The translations under genes were made by a program, and so were the position numbers. DNA of 64,000 bases from positions 64,001 to 128,000 of the forward strand of contig JBGPGO010000011.1 in NCBI GenBank assembly GCA_041483895.1, in the 5' to 3' direction. The notes under the pieces were generated by a model. That model searched no databases, was not told the DNA's origin, and saw nothing but the letters and a program-made list of their open reading frames with translations. Positions within the stretch are counted from its first letter, which is position 1. Each line of letters opens with the position of its first letter. Of this stretch, positions 8,774-19,050 are shown piece by piece. The DNA is from Fimbriimonadia bacterium (GTDB lineage Bacteria > Armatimonadota > Fimbriimonadia > Fimbriimonadales > JABRVX01).

Positions 8774-11314
8774 TTAGCCCGGCTTGTCGGCAATCTTCAC
8801 AACGATGCAACCGCGAACGGGGCGCAAACGAAGCGCCCCAAGCGACTCGGTCAGGAGACCGGTCGTATCCGGAGTAAGCGACTCGGTCAGGAGACCGGTC
8901 GTATCCAGGTGGCTGCCTCCCGGACGCAGTGCCACCATCCGACCGGCGTGGCGGAGTGCGTTCACGCGCACGGTAACCTCCGGTGTCTTTGCGAACGCCA
9001 CAACCAGAAGATGGCCGCCGGGAACTCGAAAGAGATTGGCCTTTGCCCGCCCCGACACTACCTGCACGGGATGAGCCGTAAGCACCCACTTCCGCCCGCG
9101 CAACGCGTTGAATAGGGGGCCGTAGTCCGCATACAGCTTGTCCACTTCGGGCGAGGGAAGGATCGTGTGATCGTTTCCGGGGAGGGGCACAGTTGGAAAC
9201 GCGCCCATATAAAGGTGGCGCTGGAAGTAGGCGTCGGGGTCCGGCTGCAGCGTTGCCGGCTCCGGCGTCCAACAGACCTGCGGCTTGCGGAGGCACAAGA
9301 ACGAGCAGAGATTGAGCTTATATCCTATGTTCCCAAATTCGTCGTAAACACCGTCCACGTGGCGCATCAGATCGGGCCGTTGGATCATGCAGTTGACGTA
9401 GATCACCTTGCCCGCGCGATGCATCGCAGGACCAAGGATGGAAAGCAACGAGATCCAAGACCGATAGAGACTGCGGCGCTTCCCGTCGATCCAAGTCACG
9501 CCGTCGTCCGCGTTCGGATTGAATCGAGAGAGCCAGTCCATGCGGTCGATACAAATGCCGTCGGAAGCCGGGAGCTTCTCGATGTGCCGCTTCGCTTGCT
9601 CCAAAAGGAAACTCCGATAGCCAGGATCGCCGCAATCCATCACCACCGCGCCGCCCCACGTCCACATCGGGCCGGGCGTCCGTAGGATCGCGCCAGGGAA
9701 TCGATCGATGAGAAAACCGGTCGGATCATCCCAGCCGGACGGGTGTGCCCTGTCTCGCTTGGGCGGCAGCTCGATGTTCCCGCCAAATTCGGTCACGTTG
9801 AAGTAGTTGAGGACGTGGAAACCAGAGGCGCGCATCTGCTTAGAGTAGGCCGCCATCTGCCGCAGGGACGTCTTTCCGTACCGCCCCTCATCCGCCGATC
9901 CGTAAGACCCGCCTCCGCCGCCGGCAAATCGGTTCCATTCCTGGTCGTCCGAGGTGACGGGCGGCAGGAAGAGGCCCATGAACGGGAAATCAAGACTGGC
10001 CTTCCAGTTCATCGAAAACCCCATCGCATGGAGTTTGGCCGCATCGAGCGGACCCTCATAACCGGAGTAGGCGCCCCCGCCTCCCACCTCGTAAGTGCGT
10101 GGATTCGGCGGATCGAAGAACTTGGGGTATCGCTTTGCGATCCATCCGAGCGCGCAACGCGGATCGGCCGGGTGTGGCACGAGGTCCATTACAAATTGGA
10201 CATCGTGGTCGCCGAGACGCAAGAATGCGCGAGAGAACGATAGGTCCCACCGCTTGCCGCGCGCGGCCGTCGCGAGCTTCATTTCGATGAGTGTGTCCTC
10301 CGGCGACTCGATGAGACTTAGCGCGCGATCTCCATCCAGGATGGTCATGAGGGGCAATGAGAAACCGTCGTCGCGAGAAAAAAAGCCGCCGTAGTCGAGT
10401 GTCATTTCGCGGAACGGCTTGGGAATGAGCGGATCTTCCCACGCCGCTCCATGCCCCCATGCTGTCCAGAAACGCGTGCCCGACCCCGCCGGCCAGAAGA
10501 GATGGGTATCGACCGGCGTGCTCCAGTTCTTGCTTGACGTATGAATTTTGACCGTCCATCTTATGCTGGACTCGGTCGGGCGAAAACTCTCCGTGACAAC
10601 GCACGCTCTGCCGCCGCAGACTGTGTCGCGGATAAATAAAAGCTCGCCCGACTTCCGGCGCGCCACCTTGGTCTTGCCATTTCGCGCCTCGCCGAAGAGA
10701 GTTGAAAAGCCCGACGCCCGCACCCCCCGGCGACCCAAATTGAGGCCGACGACCTGACCGTCCTTGGAAAGAGCTACGCGGAGACCCTTCGTTCGTACCG
10801 CATAAACCTCTTTTGCTGTGACGTGCGCGGGCGGTGTTGGTCCATCGCCTATCAGCGTCGGATCGCACCAGTCGGCGTGGTCAGCGTAGATTCCATCTCC
10901 CGCGTCCGTCACAACGAGACGCAAGGTCTGCACTCCCAGAATGTCGAGGTCCACTTGCCTTGCCGAATCATTGGGCCGCATGACGCCGCTGTCGAATCGC
11001 TTTTTGCCATCCGTGAACACGAGGAATTGGACGGAGCCGCGGGGATAGTCCTTCGTGAACGCATCCATGCCGACCCAGGCCGTGAAGCGTCGATACGCTC
11101 CTCCGATGAGATAGACAAGGTCGCTCCTCGCGTGGGTGCCGATGCCGTGCTCAAACGGTCGATCGCCAATCTGCAGCTTCCCACCGCTGACGCTCTTATC
11201 GACTCCGAGAGTCCCCCAACCTTGCTCGGCCATCCGGGGATTCACGTGTTCAAGTCTGGCTGCATGTGTAGCGGCGGCGAAAATGACGACAGGGATCATG
11301 GCGAGGAACCTCAT
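8774..11314 (-). CDS. Secreted NPCBM/NEW2-domain protein with a putative glycoside-hydrolase-like TIM-barrel region
   Basis: Signal peptide; NPCBM motifs (QGWG, GIGTHA, LRLVVTDAGDG, DHADW); downstream DGICIDRMD and DGVYDEFG acidic motifs; catalytic family not recognised. Confidence 0.75.
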   Translation of the reverse strand: MRFLAMIPVVIFAAATHAARLEHVNPRMAEQGWGTLGVDKSVSGGKLQIGDRPFEHGIGTHARSDLVYLIGGAYRRFTAWVGMDAFTKDYPRGSVQFLVFTDGKKRFDSGVMRPNDSARQVDLDILGVQTLRLVVTDAGDGIYADHADWCDPTLIGDGPTPPAHVTAKEVYAVRTKGLRVALSKDGQVVGLNLGRRGVRASGFSTLFGEARNGKTKVARRKSGELLFIRDTVCGGRACVVTESFRPTESSIRWTVKIHTSSKNWSTPVDTHLFWPAGSGTRFWTAWGHGAAWEDPLIPKPFREMTLDYGGFFSRDDGFSLPLMTILDGDRALSLIESPEDTLIEMKLATAARGKRWDLSFSRAFLRLGDHDVQFVMDLVPHPADPRCALGWIAKRYPKFFDPPNPRTYEVGGGGAYSGYEGPLDAAKLHAMGFSMNWKASLDFPFMGLFLPPVTSDDQEWNRFAGGGGGSYGSADEGRYGKTSLRQMAAYSKQMRASGFHVLNYFNVTEFGGNIELPPKRDRAHPSGWDDPTGFLIDRFPGAILRTPGPMWTWGGAVVMDCGDPGYRSFLLEQAKRHIEKLPASDGICIDRMDWLSRFNPNADDGVTWIDGKRRSLYRSWISLLSILGPAMHRAGKVIYVNCMIQRPDLMRHVDGVYDEFGNIGYKLNLCSFLCLRKPQVCWTPEPATLQPDPDAYFQRHLYMGAFPTVPLPGNDHTILPSPEVDKLYADYGPLFNALRGRKWVLTAHPVQVVSGRAKANLFRVPGGHLLVVAFAKTPEVTVRVNALRHAGRMVALRPGGSHLDTTGLLTESLTPDTTGLLTESLGALRLRPVRGCIVVKIADKPG
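8841..8908 (-). repeat. Two REP-like copies, 36-bp period, in-frame within a CDS
   Basis: Minus strand GGATACGACCGGTCTCCTGACCGAGTCGCT at 8841-8870 and 8877-8906, translated as DTTGLLTESL twice. Confidence 0.9.
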
Positions 11315-11410
11315 GTGATTGCGATTCGCCGCTTGGTGTTAGACCCCTGCCTCGATGTTGGCTGGGTATCAACCAGGTCAGTCGGCGTCAGCGCATGGTA
11401 AGATCGGTGC

Positions 11411-12664
11411 ATGATGGCCTGCATTGCGCTCATCGTCGCATTGGCAGTCGGGTCCGTCGCGAACGACGGGGACACTCATTTGGAATGGTTTCGCAACGCC
11501 CGAATCGGCATGTTCATCCATTGGGGACCAGTGATCCTAAAGGGTACGGAGATTGGGTGGTCTCGCGGAGACCAGGTTCCAACCGAGGAGTACGACAGCC
11601 TCTACCGGCGATTCAATCCGACGAAGTTCGATGCGGACGCTTGGATGAAGCTTGCAAAAGACGCGGGAATGCGCTATGTAGTCCCGACGGCAAAGCATCA
11701 TGACGGCTTCTGTCTCTGGCCTTCGAATCAGACGGACTATACGATTGCGCACACTCCCTTCAAGCGCGACGTGATGGCTGAGATCGCTCGGGCGGCGAAG
11801 AGGCATGGGATCGCGATGTGCTCGTACTACTCGATCCTCGACTGGCACCATCCGCTGTATGGCACGGACAGCCCAGGCGGGTCGGCGCCCAAGCCGCATC
11901 CCGACATGCCGGCCTACATGAAGTACGTGAAGGCACAGCTCACCGAGCTTGTCCAAAACTACGGCCTGAAGATGCTCTGGTTCGACGGGCAATGGGAAGC
12001 GCCATATACTCCCGAGATGGCAAAGGACCTGCGTGATTTTCTTCGACAGCTAAAGCCCGACCTCGTGGTCAATAACCGCGTTGGAAAGCTGGCTGCGGAC
12101 GGCGACTATGACACGCCGGAGCAAGTGGTGGGCGGCTTCCAGCGTGGCCGAGCCTGGGAAACTTGCATGACCCTTTGCCAACAGTGGGCGTGGAAGCCGA
12201 ACGATACGCTAAAGTCTTTCGACGAGGTCCTCAAAATCCTTGTGCAAACAGTAACCGGAGACGGCAACCTGCTCCTCAACGTCGGACCAACCCCGGAGGG
12301 CGAGATCGAACCTAGGCAGGCCCAGCGGCTGAGAGAGCTTGGGGCCTGGCTGAAGCGATACGGGGAAAGCGTCTACGGTACGCGCGGCGGACCGTACATG
12401 AATGGACCGTGGGGTGGCTCAACCTGCAAGGGAAAGAACGTCTACCTGCATCTCCTCAACTGGAATGGCGGCGAGATGCGCTTTCCCCCGTTGGCGGCGA
12501 AGGTCCTTCGCTCCCGGTGCTTGACGGGTGGCGATATCGATGTTCAACAGAGTCCCGAGGGACTGTCCGTCAAAGCAAGGTCTTTGGGGGCGATGCCGGT
12601 CGATACGGTTGTCAAACTCGATCTCGATCGAATAGCCTTCGAAATTGAACCGATTCGGCGGTAG
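11411..12664 (+). CDS. Alpha-L-fucosidase (GH29), secreted
   Basis: WFRNARIGMFIHWG, KHHDGF, LWFDG, WETCMT, GNLLLNVGP. Confidence 0.92.
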   Translation: MMACIALIVALAVGSVANDGDTHLEWFRNARIGMFIHWGPVILKGTEIGWSRGDQVPTEEYDSLYRRFNPTKFDADAWMKLAKDAGMRYVVPTAKHHDGFCLWPSNQTDYTIAHTPFKRDVMAEIARAAKRHGIAMCSYYSILDWHHPLYGTDSPGGSAPKPHPDMPAYMKYVKAQLTELVQNYGLKMLWFDGQWEAPYTPEMAKDLRDFLRQLKPDLVVNNRVGKLAADGDYDTPEQVVGGFQRGRAWETCMTLCQQWAWKPNDTLKSFDEVLKILVQTVTGDGNLLLNVGPTPEGEIEPRQAQRLRELGAWLKRYGESVYGTRGGPYMNGPWGGSTCKGKNVYLHLLNWNGGEMRFPPLAAKVLRSRCLTGGDIDVQQSPEGLSVKARSLGAMPVDTVVKLDLDRIAFEIEPIRR

Positions 12665-12675
12665 CCTTTAGAGAT

Positions 12676-15600
12676 ATGATTTCAGCATTGATCGGCTTTG
12701 CCCTCATCGCGACTCTTCTTCCAGACCAAGTTCTGTGGCAAATCGGTGGGGCGGCGCTCGCGTTGGCGCCAGACGGCTACCGCCTTTATCAAAGCGACGG
12801 CCTTCATATCGTCGGCCAGTCGAAGGATGTCGCGTGGCCATATGTTCTGCCCGGTCCAGTGGATGCGTGGGCCGGACATCGCAGCCACGAACATGACGTG
12901 TGGTTTGGGTTGAAACGGTTGAAGCCCGGAGCGCGCTGCCGCGTAGTCGTGCGGCTTCGGGATTCGCATTGGAGCGCCCCACCCAAAATCGCTCTCGTCG
13001 TCAACGGCAGTGTCGTCGGTCAATTCCAGACTCCGACCGGCCATAGTGACGCCTCGCTCACGGGCGACGACCGCGAGGCCTCACCGTCCGAGTGGGTCAT
13101 CCCATTGCCGACGGCCCGATTGCGAATAGGAAACAACGTTGTCGGGCTGCGCAACGGCGTCGGCAGCTGGGCGGTGATCGATAGCGTCCGGATGGAAGGC
13201 GATGGGCTGGAGCCGGCCCCTGTCCAGCCGGATGTGCTTGTCGCAGCGCAGGCTCAAGAGCAGGCAATCTACCGCACGGCGACCGGCCCCGTCCAGCGCG
13301 TCAACCTCGAGATCACGAATATCGGCCCGCCGGCAGAAGCAACCTGGAGGCTGAAGGGCGGCGCGAAAGGGACGCTCCGGCTTGCGGCGGGAAGGCAGGT
13401 TGTGTCGCTGGAGACGCCTGCCGCGAAGGCCACCGCGAAGCGCAGATGTGAACTGAAGCTCGGCAACAAGACAGTGGTCAGATCGGTTCTGATCGAGGCG
13501 ATCCGGCCGTGGAAGGTACTGCTCATCCCGCATTCGCACGTGGACGTAGGCTACACCAACTTGCAGCCGGAGGTGGAAATCATCCACAAGAACGCGATGC
13601 TCGACGCCGTGGCCCTTCATCATGAGACGCGCGCATTCCCCGACGAAGCGAGGTATCGCTTCACAGTGGAGACGATGTGGCCGCTCGAACGTTTTCTAAG
13701 CAAGGGGTCGATCGCCGAGACGCAACCGGTCCTGGATGCTATGAAGCAAGGCTGGATGGGTATCGACGCCGCGTATGGGAATTTCTGCTCGGCTTTGATG
13801 CGTCCCGAAGAGTTGATGCGAGCGTTTCGATGGGCCGGGGAGTACCGCGCCAAGTACGGACTTCCGATCAGCGTCTCCAGCCAGACGGACGCGCCGGGCG
13901 TGACGTGGGGAGCGGTGAGCGCCCTACATCAAGCGGGCCTGCGTTATCTCGTTCTTTGGCCGAATAACACCGATCGGATTGGCGGAGCGCGCAAGTTCCA
14001 CGAGGACAGACCGTTCTACTGGGTCTCGCCATCGGGGAAGGAGCGGGTACTCGTCTGGCAGATGGCCGCGTACGGCGTCGCCCATGCTCTGCGTGGTGGG
14101 CGCTTCACCGACCGATTCCACGCGTATCGTTCTGACGATCCGACGCGCGACTTCATCGAACCGTACATTTTCCCGCACCTGCGTTCGCTGGCCGATTCTG
14201 GGTACCCATACGACGTGTATGCAATGCCATGGAGCCTATCGGACAATTGTCCTATCGATGCCGACGCGCCGTATGCTGTGAGGGCTTGGAACAAGAGGTA
14301 CGTGACGCCGAGGATTGTCCTCGCGACGGCCGCCGAAGCGATGCGAGAGTTGGAGGCCAAGTACGCAAAGCGGATTCCGATCCTCCACGGCGACTACTCG
14401 CCGTATTGGGAGGACGGCGCGGGTTCGTCCGCTGCGGAAACAGCTATGAACCGTGCTTCGGCCGACCGTATCGTCCAGGCGGAATCGCTCTTCGCAATGC
14501 TGCGGCCCGCCGCGTTCCCGGCGGCAAAGGCTGGGGAGGCATGGCGCAACGTTCTACTATATTCCGAACACACCTGGGGCGCTTACAACAGCATCAGCGA
14601 ACCGGATTCGGACTTCGTGAGCAAGCAATGGGCGATCAAGCAGTCCTTCGCACGCGAAGCCGACAGACTCTCGCGAGAGTTGGTGGGAGAAGCCGTGGGC
14701 GCGGAGGCCGGTCCTGCCATGGTGGACGTGTTCAACACCAACTCTTGGTCACGGTCCGACCTCGTACTCATTGCCGCGAGCCTCTCGACGGCCGGTGACC
14801 TTGTCGAGGACGAGCGGGGTTCGCCGCTTCCTTCCCAGCGCCTCGCGTCGGGCGACCTGGCGGTTCTCGTCAAGAATGTTCCTGGATTTGGGGCGCGCAG
14901 ACTATCGATCAAGGCCGGCCGAGCGAGCGTGCCGGATCGGCCGGTCGCGGCCAAGAGTACGACGCTGTCCAGCAGCCGATACGAGATTGTTATTGAGCCG
15001 ACAACCGGCAATATTCGATCAATCAGGGATTTGCTTCTCGGAAAGGACCTGATCGATTCCAAGGCCCGCCATGGATTCAACGAATATCTGTATCTGCCGG
15101 GAGCCGATCTCAAAGACCTGAAGACCTCCCGTGGCGCAAAAGTAGCGATTGTTGAATCCGGGCCGTTGGTGGCCACACTGCGGATCACCTCCGATGCTCC
15201 CGGCGCTACGAGGCTCACGCGTGAAATCGCTCTGGTGGCGGGGCTCGATCGCATCGGCATTACCGACCAGATCGACAAGCTGCCCATTCGTGAAAAGGAG
15301 GGTGTACACTTTGCCTTTCCGTTCGCGGTTCCAGACGGTCAGATGCGCGTCGGCATTGCTTGGGGAGTCGTGCGGCCCGACCTGGACCAGATACCCGGTT
15401 CGTGCAAGGAGTGGATGAACACTCAGCGCTTCGTCGACGTATCAAACGATTCGTTCGGCGTGACATGGACCTCGCTGGACGCGCCGTTGATCGAGGTAGG
15501 CGACGTCACGGCGCGCGTTCTTGGCGCTCGCAATAACCCGGACGAATGGATGCGGCATCTGCCGAAGACGCAGACTCTCTATTCCTGGGCGCTGAACAAT

Positions 15601-16017
15601 CACTGGCACACGAACTATCGCGCGGACCAAGAAGGACTCCTCACTTTCCGGTACTGCATCGCATCGCACGGCAAGCTCGACACAAGCGCGGCGGAGCGAT
15701 TCGGCACGGAGCTCTCGCAACCGCTCGTTGTCGCGCCATCGGTGGGAGCGTCCGTCGCTGAGCCGCCGCTGGTTCTCTCGACGAACAAAGTGATCGCGAC
15801 ATCTCTCAAGCCGAGCGAGGACGGAAAGGCGCTCATTCTCCGGCTCTATGGCCCATCCGGTAAAACAGAGCGTGTCAGGCTTCGGTGGCGCAAGGGACTG
15901 CTTTCCGGCTGCTTTTTCTCGGACCTATCGGAAAGGCGCGGCGAACCGGCCGGCGAACCCGTGACAGTCCCTGGCTACGGGGTCGTTACTCTCCGCGCGG
16001 AACTGGCGCGGAACTAG
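12676..16017 (+). CDS. GH38-like glycoside hydrolase with N-terminal CBM-like (PL4 domain III-like) module
   Basis: HSHVDVGYT metal-binding motif, YWEDG, LYSEHTWG, C-terminal NNHWHTNY and LKPSEDG...LRL; N-terminal WPYVLPGP.D.WAG. Confidence 0.8.
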   Translation: MISALIGFALIATLLPDQVLWQIGGAALALAPDGYRLYQSDGLHIVGQSKDVAWPYVLPGPVDAWAGHRSHEHDVWFGLKRLKPGARCRVVVRLRDSHWSAPPKIALVVNGSVVGQFQTPTGHSDASLTGDDREASPSEWVIPLPTARLRIGNNVVGLRNGVGSWAVIDSVRMEGDGLEPAPVQPDVLVAAQAQEQAIYRTATGPVQRVNLEITNIGPPAEATWRLKGGAKGTLRLAAGRQVVSLETPAAKATAKRRCELKLGNKTVVRSVLIEAIRPWKVLLIPHSHVDVGYTNLQPEVEIIHKNAMLDAVALHHETRAFPDEARYRFTVETMWPLERFLSKGSIAETQPVLDAMKQGWMGIDAAYGNFCSALMRPEELMRAFRWAGEYRAKYGLPISVSSQTDAPGVTWGAVSALHQAGLRYLVLWPNNTDRIGGARKFHEDRPFYWVSPSGKERVLVWQMAAYGVAHALRGGRFTDRFHAYRSDDPTRDFIEPYIFPHLRSLADSGYPYDVYAMPWSLSDNCPIDADAPYAVRAWNKRYVTPRIVLATAAEAMRELEAKYAKRIPILHGDYSPYWEDGAGSSAAETAMNRASADRIVQAESLFAMLRPAAFPAAKAGEAWRNVLLYSEHTWGAYNSISEPDSDFVSKQWAIKQSFAREADRLSRELVGEAVGAEAGPAMVDVFNTNSWSRSDLVLIAASLSTAGDLVEDERGSPLPSQRLASGDLAVLVKNVPGFGARRLSIKAGRASVPDRPVAAKSTTLSSSRYEIVIEPTTGNIRSIRDLLLGKDLIDSKARHGFNEYLYLPGADLKDLKTSRGAKVAIVESGPLVATLRITSDAPGATRLTREIALVAGLDRIGITDQIDKLPIREKEGVHFAFPFAVPDGQMRVGIAWGVVRPDLDQIPGSCKEWMNTQRFVDVSNDSFGVTWTSLDAPLIEVGDVTARVLGARNNPDEWMRHLPKTQTLYSWALNNHWHTNYRADQEGLLTFRYCIASHGKLDTSAAERFGTELSQPLVVAPSVGASVAEPPLVLSTNKVIATSLKPSEDGKALILRLYGPSGKTERVRLRWRKGLLSGCFFSDLSERRGEPAGEPVTVPGYGVVTLRAELARN

Positions 16018-18779
16018 TCCTTTCCCTCACTCCGTATCGGGACATGCGGGAGGATCACATCTTTCCGGCGGCTCCCCGGTGTCACGACAAGCCTCACTAT
16101 CATGCCGCTCTTCGCCTCACACTCAACGACGGTATTGCCTGGAGCCCGAAGACGGAAGCGCGCGTCCCATTTCTTCGGCCATGCCGGCAGGACCCGAATC
16201 GCGCCGCCTTCCTCCAGCGAGTCGCACTGCAACAGCATAAGCTGGGTGGTCTCCAACAGGTTGCCGCCGTGGTTCTGGTCGGGCAGCCAGTCGAAGTTCG
16301 GGCCCCATGTCGCCGGCCAGCGGTACGCGGGGTTGGAATTGGCGCACTTGACCTGCAAAATCCGGCCCGCCTCATCGGCTAGGCCGAGCAAGGCGGCGCA
16401 ATTGCCGTCATAGCCCCATCCCACATCGAGGTGGTTGTGCCGCTTTTCGTATGCGGCAGTCGCCTCCCGCAGGAAGTGCGGGCGCGAGAGCGACACCTCG
16501 CGGTATGGCCAGATGGCGTACAGCGCCGGGTTTTCGCAGTTGGTTTCCTTGGGCTCGAATTTCTCCGCAGGTTGGAGTTGGCCCTCGCTCACCGGCAAGT
16601 CCGGGCAGGCGACTTTCATTCGGGCGAAGAACGCCCTTTGTTGGGCGGTCGTCATCGCTTCCGGCAGCCCCGTGAGCCGCCGCGTTACCGCAATCAGCCC
16701 CACTGTCGTCGGCATGTCGTTAACTACCCCCGACCAGTAGGTCTCGACAGCCTGGGCTGGGTCCAGCACGATCTTCCCGTCCTTCTTCGCGAACCGCGTG
16801 TCGAAGTAGCGCAGAACCGCCTCGGCCATCGGCAGCGCTTCCGTCTTGAGGAACTGGGAATCGCGCGTCCAGTCCCACCGGTCCAACATGAGCGAAACCA
16901 ACTCGGGACCTTGATTCCATGCGTACTGCCACCAGGGACACTGGCAATCCTTGGGTTGGAGTCCCTCCCGCTTCCAACCATAATCGCCGCCTGAATAGGT
17001 GCCGAAGACGGTCATTGTCTCCGGAAAGTACACGCCCTCGCATCCGTGATATTTCTTCGAGCGGGATTCGGCGAGCGGTACGGCCTTCTCGTACAACCTA
17101 AAGAGGGGCCGCATCATCTCGAAGTCCCCCGACATCAGCATCGGGTGATACATGTGGCGCACGTTCTGCCACCAATGGCAGTCGCCCCAATTTCGGAAGT
17201 CCGCGTTGTACGGCATCCCCATCGCCTTCGGCTCGACTGTGTAGTAGCCGCCGTTGAATTTGATGGGAAACTCCCCGCGTCCCTGGCATGCCTGAACGAA
17301 GCGCTGCAGGATATACCCTCTAGTTATCGCGGAGCCGGTCATGCCGTCGCGATGAGCGAGGCGCTTTCCATCCAGGTAGATCGCCGCTTCGGCCGTCCGG
17401 GCGTCGTACGTGGCCGCGACGTGAGTCCACCGACCGGCCTCTAAGCAATGGGGGGCCGCAAGGACGGTCTGACCGACGATCAGCCGCAGGCCGTCGCCGG
17501 GGTTGGTGTCGAACAGGAAACCGTCCGAACCACCCGCCGTCACCTTGTCAAATATCCGCCCATCCTTCAAGGAGTCGGACTTGAACCAGGCTTCCAGGGT
17601 GAGGCCTCGATCCAGATCGAGTTTCCCTCCATATTCCATATGGTTGTTGGGTTTGGGAAGGTCGGTCCCCGTCCAGGAGGCAAACCGGCCCTCCGCAATC
17701 GGCGCGACGCCGTCCTTCGATTGGAAGAGCTGTTGGACCTCGCTCTCACTCAACACACGGGTGTAGACGCTTGCCCGGCGCAGTTCACCGGGAAGGAGAT
17801 TTGAACCCGTCGATGCCGCGCCAATGCGCAGTTGGTGCATGTTCGTCGGTATGCCGCCAGAGCTGTCGCCCTCCACAAACACCCACGATCGCGACCAGAA
17901 CTCCTCCCACCACGCTTTCGTAGCAGCTTCCGATTTGGCGGCGTTGGCAGATCGCGCCTCTTCCTGTTTCAGTCCGGTCAGCCATTGATCGACTGTGTCG
18001 GTCTGTGCGGTGAATGTGGCAATCCGCAGGTCGATCGACTTGGTTTGCTTCGATACCAGTGATCGCTCCCCATGAGGCGAGAAACCTGCGCCGTTCATTC
18101 TGCCGCCGAAGGTTCGGTGGAGGATCGGATCAAAACAGCCGGGAAGGCCGGCGAGAGACTGATTCTCGAGGAGCCTTGGCACTACGGAAGTCTCATTCCG
18201 GTGATACCAAGTCACGCCTTCTCCCTTGACGAACACGTCGGGCGTTTCGACAAGCTCGAACGGCGCGTCGTGCACCGCCCAGGCGCTCCGCATTTCGCCG
18301 CCCTCCACAGTATGCGCCTTGTTTCGCCAGTTTTCCACCGACGCCCTAACGATGACGGACGTCGAAGATGAACACAAGACGTGGACGACATTCGCCTCCG
18401 AGTCTACGAACAGCCGGACCTTCAGACCGCCTCCCGAGATGACGATCGCGCCTTCGCGCAGCCGGAGTTCTTGGCGGAAAGCGCCTTGGATCAAGAGTTT
18501 TGGCTGAAAACTTACCCTGATCATTCCAAGTTTCAGGAACCGGCTGATTTCCGAAAGCGCGTCCGTACGGGCAATATGGAACAGCAGGTCTCCAGTTGAC
18601 TCTTCTACCCATGCGTTCAGCACGACCTCGCCGTTTCCCAAGGGCATGCTGCCGGCGGCATCCTGGGAAGGCGTCGCCCACACGACGTTTTGTTTATCCA
18701 GTTCGGCGGGGACCTTATCCGTCGAGAAACCGGTCATCGTCGCCATGATGGAAAGAACTGCTATCGCCAAGAGCTTCAT
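16014..18779 (-). CDS. DUF5703 / GH95-like glycoside hydrolase with inserted LamG-like domain
   Basis: SMPLGNGE, WWQNVRHMYHP, ENPALYAIWPY, RWPATWGPNFDWLPDQNHGG, VLPAWPKKWD; LamG motifs TLEAW and WTHVAATYD. Start set at MKLLAIA (18779), which has a GGAGG RBS. Confidence 0.8.
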   Translation of the reverse strand: MKLLAIAVLSIMATMTGFSTDKVPAELDKQNVVWATPSQDAAGSMPLGNGEVVLNAWVEESTGDLLFHIARTDALSEISRFLKLGMIRVSFQPKLLIQGAFRQELRLREGAIVISGGGLKVRLFVDSEANVVHVLCSSSTSVIVRASVENWRNKAHTVEGGEMRSAWAVHDAPFELVETPDVFVKGEGVTWYHRNETSVVPRLLENQSLAGLPGCFDPILHRTFGGRMNGAGFSPHGERSLVSKQTKSIDLRIATFTAQTDTVDQWLTGLKQEEARSANAAKSEAATKAWWEEFWSRSWVFVEGDSSGGIPTNMHQLRIGAASTGSNLLPGELRRASVYTRVLSESEVQQLFQSKDGVAPIAEGRFASWTGTDLPKPNNHMEYGGKLDLDRGLTLEAWFKSDSLKDGRIFDKVTAGGSDGFLFDTNPGDGLRLIVGQTVLAAPHCLEAGRWTHVAATYDARTAEAAIYLDGKRLAHRDGMTGSAITRGYILQRFVQACQGRGEFPIKFNGGYYTVEPKAMGMPYNADFRNWGDCHWWQNVRHMYHPMLMSGDFEMMRPLFRLYEKAVPLAESRSKKYHGCEGVYFPETMTVFGTYSGGDYGWKREGLQPKDCQCPWWQYAWNQGPELVSLMLDRWDWTRDSQFLKTEALPMAEAVLRYFDTRFAKKDGKIVLDPAQAVETYWSGVVNDMPTTVGLIAVTRRLTGLPEAMTTAQQRAFFARMKVACPDLPVSEGQLQPAEKFEPKETNCENPALYAIWPYREVSLSRPHFLREATAAYEKRHNHLDVGWGYDGNCAALLGLADEAGRILQVKCANSNPAYRWPATWGPNFDWLPDQNHGGNLLETTQLMLLQCDSLEEGGAIRVLPAWPKKWDARFRLRAPGNTVVECEAKSGMIVRLVVTPGSRRKDVILPHVPIRSEGKD

Positions 18780-19050
18780 CGAACCTCCGAGACTATTAGT
18801 ACGACGGCACGCCCTACCCTTCCCAGTCGGCAGAGGCTTCCCCGTCAACAATGAGGTTCGTGACGGATGATGGAGGCAGTGCATTTGCCATTCTCGACAA
18901 TCCTCCCCACCCCGCGACCAACTTTTGTTCATCGGGGATGCTTGGGAGGCAGTCAAAGCCGGGCCGGTTTTCGTCGTGGGAAGGAGCGTACCAATGGGAG
19001 TCGTCTCCGAGCCGGCGCGCAGGGGTGTGGATTCACTATGGTTCAACGCC

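Noticed and set aside
18780..19046. N-terminal extension of the DUF5703 ORF to 19046
   Set aside because: The RBS and signal peptide point to ATG 18779; the extension looks non-coding.
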